NCBI GenBank assembly: GCA_027022365.1
Contig: JALVYU010000011.1
Location: 99,742-163,741, forward strand
Length of the DNA: 64,000 bases
Direction of reading: 5' to 3'
Source of the DNA: Desulfurococcales archaeon
GTDB lineage: Archaea; Thermoproteota; Thermoprotei_A; Sulfolobales; Desulfurococcaceae
A program made the position numbers and the translations under genes. Shown piece by piece: positions 1-11,688 of this stretch. Under the pieces are notes generated by a model, which saw only the letters and a program-made list of their open reading frames with translations, was not told the DNA's origin and did no database searches. Within the stretch, counting starts at the first letter, position 1, and every line of letters starts with the position of its first letter.

Positions 1-206
1 TTGTTTAATTAATTATTTAAATTACCTATCACACATTTGTGGGATTCAACACATTTTATCAATAACCACATCAATGTATGCAATAATTTTTATATATCTA
101 ATGTAAATTTTTTAAAAGAGAGATTTTAAGCTTAGCGGTTGTAAAATTTATATATCATTTTATAAAAATACATAAATATCTAATCTGAGGAGAAGAGGTT
201 CATATT

Positions 207-1556
207 ATGAATAACTTATACACGCACCGGATGTATCGTGCCCTCTCCAAGAGTGTAGCGATCGCGATCATCGTTATAATAATCGCGGCAATAATCGCTG
301 GAGTTGGATACTATTATTATACATCACAGCAACAGAAGACAGTATCGATCATATGGGCTTCAACACAGCTCGTACCACCAGAAGAACAGGCATTCGTTAA
401 AGGAACACTCTTGACCGACTTCGAGAAACAGACAGACATTAAGGTCAGCTTCGTAGGCATGTCCTACTCCGACATGATAACAAGGATAACCAGCGAGGAG
501 CAGGCAGGAAAAGTAACTATTAGTCTGATAGGCGATCTACATGGAAACCTAGACCTGATGGCGAGCAAGGGATACCTGATGGACCTCTCGAAATTCGGCA
601 CACTACCAGGTAGAACGTTCCCAGACGTCTTGATGAATTATGCGCATCTACACGGGATCCTCGCCTACATACCGTGGATGACAGCCACATACGTCATGGT
701 AGTCAATAAGGAGGCGTTCAACTATCTGCCGCAGGGCCTGACCAAGGAGGATGTCATAACAGGCTCGACCAAGTGGACATACCAGGCACTCCTAGAATGG
801 GCTAAGAACCTATACGAGAAGACCGGGAAGAAACTACTAGGCTTCCCCGCAGGCCCTAACGGCCTATTCGTGAGGTTCCTCCACGGGTACCTCTATCCGG
901 CCTTCACCGGCGCACAAGTCAAGAACTTTAACAGCCAGGACGCGATAAAGATGTGGAACTACCTGAAAGAGCTATGGCAGTACGTCAACCCAGCGAGCAC
1001 AACATGGGATGCCATGGCCGACCCTCTCCTCAAGGGAGAGGTCTGGATAGCGTGGGACCACACCGCCAGGATCAAGGACGCTATAGAGCAGAAGCCCGAC
1101 CAGTTCGTAGTAGTGCCAGTGCCAATGGGGCCTAAGGGCAGAGGATACATACTAGTGGTGGCTGGACTAGCAATACCCAAGGGAGCACCAGACCCACAGG
1201 CTGCCTGGAAACTCATAGACTATCTGACGAAGCCCTCGACACAGGTAAAGGTGCTGGAGAAGACAGGGTTCTTCCCAACCGTTAAAGAAGCCTCAACCCA
1301 GGCCCCAGCTGGAGCACTACAGGTTCTGATAAAGGGTGTCAACGCGCAGCTAAACGCCCCCAACCCGGTTGTTGCGATGATACCTAGCCTTGGAAGCAGG
1401 TCAGGAGACTTCAAGAGTGTATATATAACGGCGTTCAAGCAGATCGTCCTGCAGGGACAAGATCCGCAGAAGGTACTGAACGAGCTATACCCGCAGCTAT
1501 TGAACCTCTTCAAAGAGACGGGGGCCCCGCTACCGCCACCGGACTCGGGCACGTAA
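207..1556 (+). CDS. Sugar ABC transporter substrate-binding protein (family 1)
   Basis: 449 aa. N-terminal RA|LS followed by a hydrophobic stretch (class III signal peptide-like). SBP C-terminal motifs (GLAIPKGA..AAWKLIDYL). Followed by two permeases and an ATPase. True start may be ATG 231. Confidence 0.92.
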   Translation: MNNLYTHRMYRALSKSVAIAIIVIIIAAIIAGVGYYYYTSQQQKTVSIIWASTQLVPPEEQAFVKGTLLTDFEKQTDIKVSFVGMSYSDMITRITSEEQAGKVTISLIGDLHGNLDLMASKGYLMDLSKFGTLPGRTFPDVLMNYAHLHGILAYIPWMTATYVMVVNKEAFNYLPQGLTKEDVITGSTKWTYQALLEWAKNLYEKTGKKLLGFPAGPNGLFVRFLHGYLYPAFTGAQVKNFNSQDAIKMWNYLKELWQYVNPASTTWDAMADPLLKGEVWIAWDHTARIKDAIEQKPDQFVVVPVPMGPKGRGYILVVAGLAIPKGAPDPQAAWKLIDYLTKPSTQVKVLEKTGFFPTVKEASTQAPAGALQVLIKGVNAQLNAPNPVVAMIPSLGSRSGDFKSVYITAFKQIVLQGQDPQKVLNELYPQLLNLFKETGAPLPPPDSGT

Positions 1557-1564
1557 CCAAGTAG

Positions 1565-2473
1565 TTGGGTCTCCGGGGGATTATAGTGCCCAGCAAAAAG
1601 CAGGGATACTCCCTAGTAGAGCGATACCTGCCATACCTGCTGATAGCCCCCGCACTAGGTTATCTCCTTTTTTTCATAGGGTACCCCCTCACCCAGGGAG
1701 TACTCCTAGCATTCACTGATCAGAATGGTCACTTCACGCTCCAACACGTCTACTACCTCCTGTATTCTCCGAGCTCCAACTTCTGGCCAGCACTGGAGGA
1801 TACATTGGCGCTCGCCGCAGTCATAATACCGATCCAGATCATGCTCGCCCTGGGTTTCTCGCTGATGCTAAGCGCTAATTTCAAGGGCAAGGACATGGCC
1901 CTCTACATACTGATAATACCGTTGACGATAAGCGATGTGGCCGGCGGTCTGATATGGTACTCGCTACTAACAGCGAACGGGTTCTTCAACAAGCTCTTCA
2001 TGGCGCTGGGGATTATTAACCAGCCAATACAGTTCTTCGGATACCAGTTCAGGCCAATGGAATTCATAGCCATAGTGCTCGCAGAGGTCTGGAGGGCCAC
2101 GGCCCTCGTCTTCGTGATAATATTCGCGGGCCTCCAGATGATCAGCAAGGAGTACATTGAGGCCGCAGAAGTATTCGGTGCAGGGACGTGGACGAAGCTA
2201 CGGCACATAATATTCCCCATGCTGAAGCCGAGCGTGCAGACAGCCCTACTGATAAGAACATTGTTCGCTTTCCAGGTGTTCGGAGTAGTGATGGTTCTTG
2301 CTGGGCGCGATATACCTGTCTTGGCCGGCGAAGCATACTATGAGCAAACAGTGCTTTATCACTACGGCGTCGCAGCCCTGTATGCCCTGATAATAGCCGC
2401 GATATCAGTTGTCATAGGCTATATCTACATCAGGATGTTCAAAGCCCAGTACCTCAGGGAGGTGACAATGTAG
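1565..2473 (+). CDS. Sugar ABC transporter permease (MalF-like)
   Basis: About 6 TM segments; EAA loop (YIEAAEVFGAGTW); operon context. Confidence 0.92.
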   Translation: MGLRGIIVPSKKQGYSLVERYLPYLLIAPALGYLLFFIGYPLTQGVLLAFTDQNGHFTLQHVYYLLYSPSSNFWPALEDTLALAAVIIPIQIMLALGFSLMLSANFKGKDMALYILIIPLTISDVAGGLIWYSLLTANGFFNKLFMALGIINQPIQFFGYQFRPMEFIAIVLAEVWRATALVFVIIFAGLQMISKEYIEAAEVFGAGTWTKLRHIIFPMLKPSVQTALLIRTLFAFQVFGVVMVLAGRDIPVLAGEAYYEQTVLYHYGVAALYALIIAAISVVIGYIYIRMFKAQYLREVTM

Positions 2474-3303
2474 TGAGTACACCAGGTGAAACCCCGCCTA
2501 TCCGGTATTATTTGCTCAGGATACTGTTCGCTGGGATAGTAGTACTATCATGTACATGGGTGCTACTACCGATCATAATATCAATACTATATGCCTTCTC
2601 GACGCCACAGGACTTCTACAGCCCCAAAATGATCATCCCGCTACACTACACTCTCTCGAACATCCAGAAACTACTGGCACTTGGAGCGGCTAAGGCAACA
2701 ATGAACAGCATAATAGTCGCGGTAATGACTGTGATCTTCAGTTTCGCGCTCGGGCTACCCGCCGGGTACGCGTTCGCTAGATTCGCCTTCAAGGGCAAGG
2801 ACTCGTTGAAGCTGCTGATTATAGGGCTGAGAATGTTCCCGATGCTGGTCATCGCTGTCCCGCTGGTAACACTATATATTAGGCTCGGCCTCAACGATAC
2901 ATTGCTCGGTGTAGCATTAGCACATACCACCATGGCCCTCCCCTTCGTCATACTGATCACCTCGAGCATATTCGTCAGCGTACCAATAGAGCTCGAGGAA
3001 GCAGGCTACGTCTTCGGTCTCGACAGGAAGCAGACATTCCTAAGGATAACGCTGCCCCTAGCCCTTCCGGGACTAACCGCGGCCGCAATCTTCACTTTCA
3101 TAATGTCCTGGAACGAAGTATTCATGGCGGCAGTACTTACACTAACGAACAGGACGTTGCCAGCATTCATACTGACATCGGCGATGGCGGCGCCCGATAT
3201 AATTAAGTTCGCGGCATCATTCATAATGATCCTACCTGCACTGATCTTCGTATTCATCGCTCGTAAGTACCTCATATCCATGTGGGGTATAACCGTGAAA
3301 TAA
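2473..3303 (+). CDS. Sugar ABC transporter permease (MalG-like)
   Basis: EAA loop (LEEAGYVFG), SWNE motif, start overlaps upstream stop. Confidence 0.92.
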   Translation: MSTPGETPPIRYYLLRILFAGIVVLSCTWVLLPIIISILYAFSTPQDFYSPKMIIPLHYTLSNIQKLLALGAAKATMNSIIVAVMTVIFSFALGLPAGYAFARFAFKGKDSLKLLIIGLRMFPMLVIAVPLVTLYIRLGLNDTLLGVALAHTTMALPFVILITSSIFVSVPIELEEAGYVFGLDRKQTFLRITLPLALPGLTAAAIFTFIMSWNEVFMAAVLTLTNRTLPAFILTSAMAAPDIIKFAASFIMILPALIFVFIARKYLISMWGITVK

Positions 3304-3314
3304 GGGTGAGGAAA

Positions 3315-4412
3315 ATGGTGGATGTTAAGCTAAGAGGTCTCGTTAAAAGGTTCGGTAAAACGGTAGCACTAAGAGGCATAGACCTGGATATAAGGGATGG
3401 CGAGTTCATCGTCCTCCTAGGCCCATCAGGATGCGGAAAAACAACAACGCTCAGAATCATAGCTGGTCTTGAGAAGCCGGATGAAGGCAGGGTATTGTTC
3501 GGCGAGAAAGACGTGACTTACCTGCCGCCTAAAGACAGGAATGTCTCCATGGTTTTCCAGAGCTATGCCGTCTGGCCCCACATGAAGGTTAGAGACAATA
3601 TTGCCTTCCCACTCAAAATAAGGGGTGTCCCGCAGGAAGAGATCGATAAGAGGGTCAAGTGGGCGGCCGAACTACTCCAGATAGACGAGCTACTCGACAG
3701 GTACCCGCACCAGCTGAGCGGTGGGCAGAGGCAAAGGGTAGCAGTAGCCCGTGCAATAGTCATAGAGCCGGATGTACTACTCATGGACGAGCCTCTGAGC
3801 AACCTAGACGCATTACTAAGGGTTAAGATGAGGAGCGAGCTCAAGAAACTACAGCGCCGCATCGGCGTCACAACGATCTATGTCACCCACGACCAGGTAG
3901 AGGCAATGACGATGGGAGACAGAATAGCAGTAATGAATGCTGGCAAGATACAACAAGTTGGTACACCGGAAGAAATATACTTGAAGCCCGCAAACACGTT
4001 CGTGGCGGGATTCGTCGGCTCGCCTCAAATGAACTTCTTCGACGCAACAGTCAGGCTGGACGGAGAAAAACTATTGGATGCGGGTGAGTTCACTATCTCG
4101 TTGAGCGACGACCTAGCCGCGGCGCTTAAAGACTATAATAATAAGACCGTAATTGTCGGTATAAGGCCCGAGTACATGTATCCACGCGAGCTAGCGCCTA
4201 AAAACATGGTTGGCCCCATGATAAAAGGTGTGATAGACTTCGTCGAGGCGCTGGGAAGCGACACAATTATACATCTTAAAGTAGGGAATAAGCATCTCGT
4301 CATAAAGCTGTCGGGGAGCCATCACTACAGGATCGGAGAGGAACTAGTAGTAGTGTTTAGTCTTGACAAGCTACACATCTTCGACAAGAACACGGGCAGA
4401 GCAATAATATAG
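3315..4412 (+). CDS. malK: Sugar ABC transporter ATP-binding protein (MalK-like)
   Basis: Walker A GPSGCGKTT, LSGGQRQR, LLMDEP, C-terminal GIRPE/TOBE region. ATG 3315 follows GGTGA. Confidence 0.93.
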   Translation: MVDVKLRGLVKRFGKTVALRGIDLDIRDGEFIVLLGPSGCGKTTTLRIIAGLEKPDEGRVLFGEKDVTYLPPKDRNVSMVFQSYAVWPHMKVRDNIAFPLKIRGVPQEEIDKRVKWAAELLQIDELLDRYPHQLSGGQRQRVAVARAIVIEPDVLLMDEPLSNLDALLRVKMRSELKKLQRRIGVTTIYVTHDQVEAMTMGDRIAVMNAGKIQQVGTPEEIYLKPANTFVAGFVGSPQMNFFDATVRLDGEKLLDAGEFTISLSDDLAAALKDYNNKTVIVGIRPEYMYPRELAPKNMVGPMIKGVIDFVEALGSDTIIHLKVGNKHLVIKLSGSHHYRIGEELVVVFSLDKLHIFDKNTGRAII

Positions 4413-4487
4413 CTTTCGCCCGTACCCCGCTCTCAGCTCAAAACACTCTTTTATCCCTCAAAACACTCCTAACTAACGTGATCAAGC

Positions 4488-5201
4488 ATGTTTGATGATT
4501 TCAATGAGAGGAATCCCCGCTGGAGACTACGCCATGACGGGGTCTCAAGGATCATTATACAGGATAGTATCTTAAAGCTCTGTATGGGTCCGACCGAGGC
4601 ACTATATTACAGCAACGCGGAGATAAGTGACGGATCCTTCGACGAGCTCATATGGAGCGGTGGAAAACTCTCGTTAAAAGCAAGGTTTACGGGTAACGGA
4701 TACCCCCACTATGGTAGTGCAGGCTTCGGGTTCTGGAACTATAGTATGAGAATAGATCTCAGCTACCCGATATGGTTCATATACCTACGATCAGTGCGTG
4801 GGAGCTACCCTCTTCAAGGATTCTTCATCCAAGTAGGAAACAGGTTCGCGCCAATAATGCTTACCAGATCCATTGGCATATACAAGGCGTTGCTGACCCT
4901 GTTCCCCTTCGCCGCGCCCATAAGGATCCTATCCAGTAAACCAGTAATGCAAGAGATAGATCTTGGAGAGTGGCACACATACACTATAGATTGGTCGGGC
5001 GGGAAAGCCGTATTTCGTATAGATGACCGGGAAATCGCGGATGTAAGCGTAGAATACAGGGGGAGGGCGAGGATAGATGCATGGCTAGATAACGCCGTGT
5101 TCCAGCCCTAGAGAAACGATCCGGCCTATGTCTACCGACATATAACCCATGAGAACAGGAGAGAGGCGTGCCTCGAGATCGACTGGATCAAGATGGAGTA
5201 A
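4488..5201 (+). pseudogene. Concanavalin/GH16-like beta-sandwich protein interrupted by an in-frame TAG (5109-5111)
   Basis: WHTYTIDW..AVFRIDD is LamG/GH16-like. The frame continues past the TAG (RNDPAYVYRHITHENRREACLEIDWIKME*) and ends in a fold-typical terminal strand at TAA 5199-5201. Confidence 0.55.
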
Positions 5202-5264
5202 TCCCACGCGTCTCCCGGTAGAGGATTTAAATATAAACCAAGATAATTTTACCCGGTAATCATT

Positions 5265-6455
5265 ATGGAAGCGACAGTTATCGATCTCCAACGAGTGGGC
5301 GGTGAAGCAGAGCTATTAGCCTATGATGTGGGCGGGATCGTTGAGAAAGCATACTTCATTACGACAGCACCTGTGAGGGGCTTCGAAAGAATAGTTAAGG
5401 GCAAAAACCCTGTTTTCGCGGTTAACGCTGTTATGAGGATATGCGGTATATGCCATGCAGCACACGGAATAGCGTCGGCCGAGGCAATCGAGGACGCGAT
5501 GGGGGTCTCACCGCCAGCTAATGGCCGCTACCTCAGAGAAACGATAGGATTACTCAACAAGATACAGAGCCACCTAATGCACTTAGTAATGATAATACCT
5601 GACCTCGTCCAAGAGCCTGAAAGGATGAAATACATCGTGGCAACCCTGAATATATTGAATAAAATAAATGATGTCCTGTCAAAACTGGGAGGAAGCCCGA
5701 CACACCCGCCCTATCTAGTGATCGGGGGAGTGAGCCGGGTACCCGACGAAAAACTCTGGCGAAGCTTCTCGAAGAACTAGACAAGCTCATAGAAGAATAT
5801 ATTGGTCTTCGAAGAAGCTTCGAAACAAGTATCTCTAGTAGCGACGTCTACGAGCAACTCAGGGCTAAGAAGCTTAGGCCAAAATATCTTGCATCACATG
5901 TTCTACGGAGACAAGTACAGCATAAGGATCGATAAGATCAGGGTCGTGAGGTACGAGGATATTCACGAGGATCTACCTAGTAGGGCTCGTGAAAACACCT
6001 CAATGATCGCCCTCTATGACGACCAAGTCGTTGAGGCGGGTCCAAGGGCTAGGCTGAACAAGTATTACGACTATAGCGAAGACTCATTATGGGGACTACA
6101 AGAGGCGAGACTCATTGAGATAGAATTATTCCTTAAGAGAACAAGAGAACTGCTTGAGAAAGTCGAGGTAGGAGAGCCAGGCTACTCGAAAGTCCTCGTA
6201 TATAGGTCGGGGAAAGGAACAGGAGTTTTCGAAGCACCGAGAGGAACATTAATCCATAAGGTTGAGCTAGACGATAATGGAAGGATAAGCAAGTACAAGA
6301 TAATCGTGCCCACAATGTTCAATATACCATTAATAGAGCAGGCCGCCCAGGGATTTCCGTCGAAAAACGTTGACGTCGTCCCAAGAATATATGATCCCTG
6401 CATACCCTGCTCCACACATATAATAAGATTAAAAAGGAAGGTGACGAGGCGATGA
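5265..6455 (+). pseudogene. frhA: [NiFe]-hydrogenase large subunit (FrhA-like, group 3a), split by two frameshifts
   Basis: L1 RICGICHAAH in ORF 5265-5780; EAPRGTLIH and L2 DPCIPCSTH in ORF 5802-6455. A bridging -1 frame (LAKLLEELDKLIEEY...KYLASH) runs between about 5753 and 5898. Confidence 0.8.
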
Positions 6456-7171
6456 GTGGAAAGCCGAGCATACTCATATATGATCTGGGCGGGTGTGAGG
6501 GATGCCCTCTATCAATAATGAGGAGCTATCCCAGATTAGCGAGAATATATGATGTCCACGCTAAATGCATTGGTAACGCAGATATTGAGCGACAATACGA
6601 TTACACGATCATAACTGGCCCTATTTGTCTAAACAGCCGGAGACACATTGAGGAGCTGAAGAAGATCAGGAAGAACTCGAAAATCCTAATAGCTTATGGC
6701 TCATGTGCTAGCGTTGGAGGCATAATACTCTACGCTAGGGGAGGCCAAGAGCCACGCCCCGATCATCGCGTCTATGCTCCAATATCAAAGATAGTCAGGG
6801 TAGACTACTCGATACCGGGATGCCCGCCCGCACCTCAGATGCTTATCAGCCTCCTTAGCTGTATACGTTCTGGGCGGGGATACTTCTTGGACTTGTTCAG
6901 GGCAGTTAGTGCTTACTCTAAACTGAGCGGATTCGATCTAATGGACGAGGTTGTGCTCACCGGGATATGTGTCGGATGCGGTGCCTGTGTATTATCATGT
7001 CCTACAAACGCCCTTCACATGGTCGACGGCAGGCCAGACCTTATCGTCGAGAAATGCATAAGATGTGGTACCTGTACTGTCAGATGCCCCAGATCCACTC
7101 AAATCCTAATACAGAGATATAAGTTACGGGAAAGAGCAAAAATGCTTGCTTCACTGGTAGGTGGCGAGTAA
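6452..7171 (+). CDS. frhG: [NiFe]-hydrogenase small subunit, FrhG-like
   Basis: GCEGC, GSCASVGG, RGGQEPRPDH, PGCPP, and a C-terminal 2x[4Fe-4S] ferredoxin domain (CVGCGACVLSCP; CIRCGTCTVRCP). Confidence 0.88.
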   Translation: MSGKPSILIYDLGGCEGCPLSIMRSYPRLARIYDVHAKCIGNADIERQYDYTIITGPICLNSRRHIEELKKIRKNSKILIAYGSCASVGGIILYARGGQEPRPDHRVYAPISKIVRVDYSIPGCPPAPQMLISLLSCIRSGRGYFLDLFRAVSAYSKLSGFDLMDEVVLTGICVGCGACVLSCPTNALHMVDGRPDLIVEKCIRCGTCTVRCPRSTQILIQRYKLRERAKMLASLVGGE

Positions 7172-8006
7172 TGGCCTTTCAGCCCACCACGATTGATCCT
7201 CCAATCCCCTAGGCCCATATATTGGAGCCTATATTGCCCGTTCAGCGGCAAAGAACGTTAAAGCTGAGGGAGGAGGGGCTGTAACCGCCATCCTCCTCTA
7301 TCTGCTTGATAAGAAGAAGATTGACGGAGTCGTAGCAGCCAAGAAGACAAGAGGGATTAAGGGTGAAATCGTCCTCGCTAAGACGAGGGAGGAAATCCTT
7401 ATGGCTGCTGGTAATAGGTGGAGCATAGTACCCTATACAATGAGGCTAAAAGAAACTCTCATGTCCACTGATGTAAGGAGGGTTGCGTTCGTAGGGCTCC
7501 CATGCCAGGCACAGTTCCTACGACAGATGAAGATGTTCCCGCTCATGGAGAGCGATTTCGCCAGCAAGATATTCGTGATTATAAGCCTGTTCTGTATGGG
7601 GACTTTCGCGGTTGAGAGCTTCACAGATTATCTGGCTAGGAACTATAATGTCCCCCTAGAAGAAGTAGAGAACATCGATATTGAGGGAGACTATCTAGTC
7701 ATATCCTATTCTGGTAAGAAGCTCCGATTACCTATAGAATCCATAATCTACCACATACAGCACGGCTGTATACTATGCCCGGACTACACAGGTGTATTCG
7801 CAGATATCTCTGCTGGTAGAGCGTCCAGAGAGGGATACATGCTCATATTGACACGTAATAGGTTGGCAGATAATATAGTCAATAATGCTGCCCATGACGA
7901 CTACCTCGAGATCAGTGAGGCTACGGAGGAAGAGATTAGATATGCTAGGGAGAAGGCACTGGATAAACTTAATAGATCATTAAAGTATATTATGAGGATC
8001 CTCTAG
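7171..8006 (+). pseudogene. frhB: FrhB/FdhB-family beta subunit, frameshifted near the 5' end
   Basis: The ATG 7171 frame stops at TAG 7210-7212. The -1 frame from about 7199 carries GGGAVTAILLYLLDKKKIDG, GLPCQ, LFCMGTF and CILCPDYTGVFADISAG. Confidence 0.8.
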
Positions 8007-8049
8007 GTCAGGAGTAATAGAAAAATTATTTATTAAAAATATATTCTGT

Positions 8050-10551
<2,502 letters not shown>

Positions 10552-10883
10552 CTTCGGTCACCACCGCTTCTCACATTTTTCCGGGTTCCATATCTGATTT
10601 CATAATTATTGTTGTTTAAAGATAAATAGTTTATTTCAAGAATGAATAATTTCTATGAGTTGTGGACATTTTTAGTAATAGTTTAGCCTGTTACGGAGCG
10701 ATATAAATAATTAATGGGTATGTATCAACTTTATGAACTCTTATAAATCTTTACAATAGATATATACAAATAGACTTAACCCACTCAAGTGTAAGTATCC
10801 TCCTATAATTATTACGAAACATGTTTAGCACCGTTAAACCTATACAATCAAATAATAACTGAGAAAAAACACAGTGACCTGTA

Positions 10884-11630
10884 ATGCCGTCCATCGGCAA
10901 TGTAGTGATCAGACTGATCGGCGTGAAAAAAGTATATGTGACAGGCACTGTGAAGACATGGGGTCTAAGGGGGGTAGATCTGGAAGTCTATAGGGGGGAA
11001 TTTATATCGATTATGGGGCCGAGCGGGAGCGGGAAATCAACTCTCTTAAACATGATTGGGCTTCTTGACAAACCGACGGAAGGAAAAATAATTATTGATG
11101 GGAGAAATGCGGCAGAACTAACATCGAAAGAACTAGCATATCTTAGGAACAGGAAAATAGGATTTGTGTTTCAGTCATTCAACCTCATCAATAGGTACAC
11201 AGTACTTGAAAACATTGAGCTTCCACTCATTGTAAGGAGTGTGCCTAGGAGGACAAGGATTGAGAAGGTAAAGAAGGCATTACTAATGGCTGGCGGTGAT
11301 CTCTCATGGCTTCCCAAGCGTCCAATACAGCTCAGTGGTGGACAACAACAACGTGTAGCAATAGCGAGGGCTCTTGTAGGTGATCCAGAGATCATACTGG
11401 CTGATGAACCGACCGGGAACCTGGATAGGGCAAGCTCCCGCGCGGTCATCGAGACTTTTGTGAGGCTTAACAGGCAGGGCCAGACAATTGTTATGGTTAC
11501 GCATGACCCTGAGGTTGCAAATTGCACAGAGAAAATATACTTGCTTCGAGACGGCCGTATAGTAGGGGTTAAGGAGCCTGATCTCGATAAATGTATCTTA
11601 AAGACTGTATCACCTACTGCAAAGAAATAG
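10884..11630 (+). CDS. ABC ATP-binding protein (LolD/MacB type)
   Basis: GPSGSGKST, GFVFQSFNL, LSGGQQQR, ADEPTGNLD. Confidence 0.93.
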   Translation: MPSIGNVVIRLIGVKKVYVTGTVKTWGLRGVDLEVYRGEFISIMGPSGSGKSTLLNMIGLLDKPTEGKIIIDGRNAAELTSKELAYLRNRKIGFVFQSFNLINRYTVLENIELPLIVRSVPRRTRIEKVKKALLMAGGDLSWLPKRPIQLSGGQQQRVAIARALVGDPEIILADEPTGNLDRASSRAVIETFVRLNRQGQTIVMVTHDPEVANCTEKIYLLRDGRIVGVKEPDLDKCILKTVSPTAKK

Positions 11631-11688
11631 TTTATTTTCCTAGGATTACGATGTAATATATCGGTAAATATATCGGGAAACGAAATAG

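Noticed and set aside
5109-5111. TAG recoding (pyrrolysine) as the explanation for the in-frame amber codon
   Set aside because: Many genes here end at TAG at their expected C-termini (e.g. 2473, 4412, 8006, 11630, 35328), and there are no pyl genes in the window.
5745-5760. Programmed -1 frameshift in frhA
   Set aside because: No canonical in-frame X XXY YYZ heptamer, and a second shift would be needed about 145 nt later.
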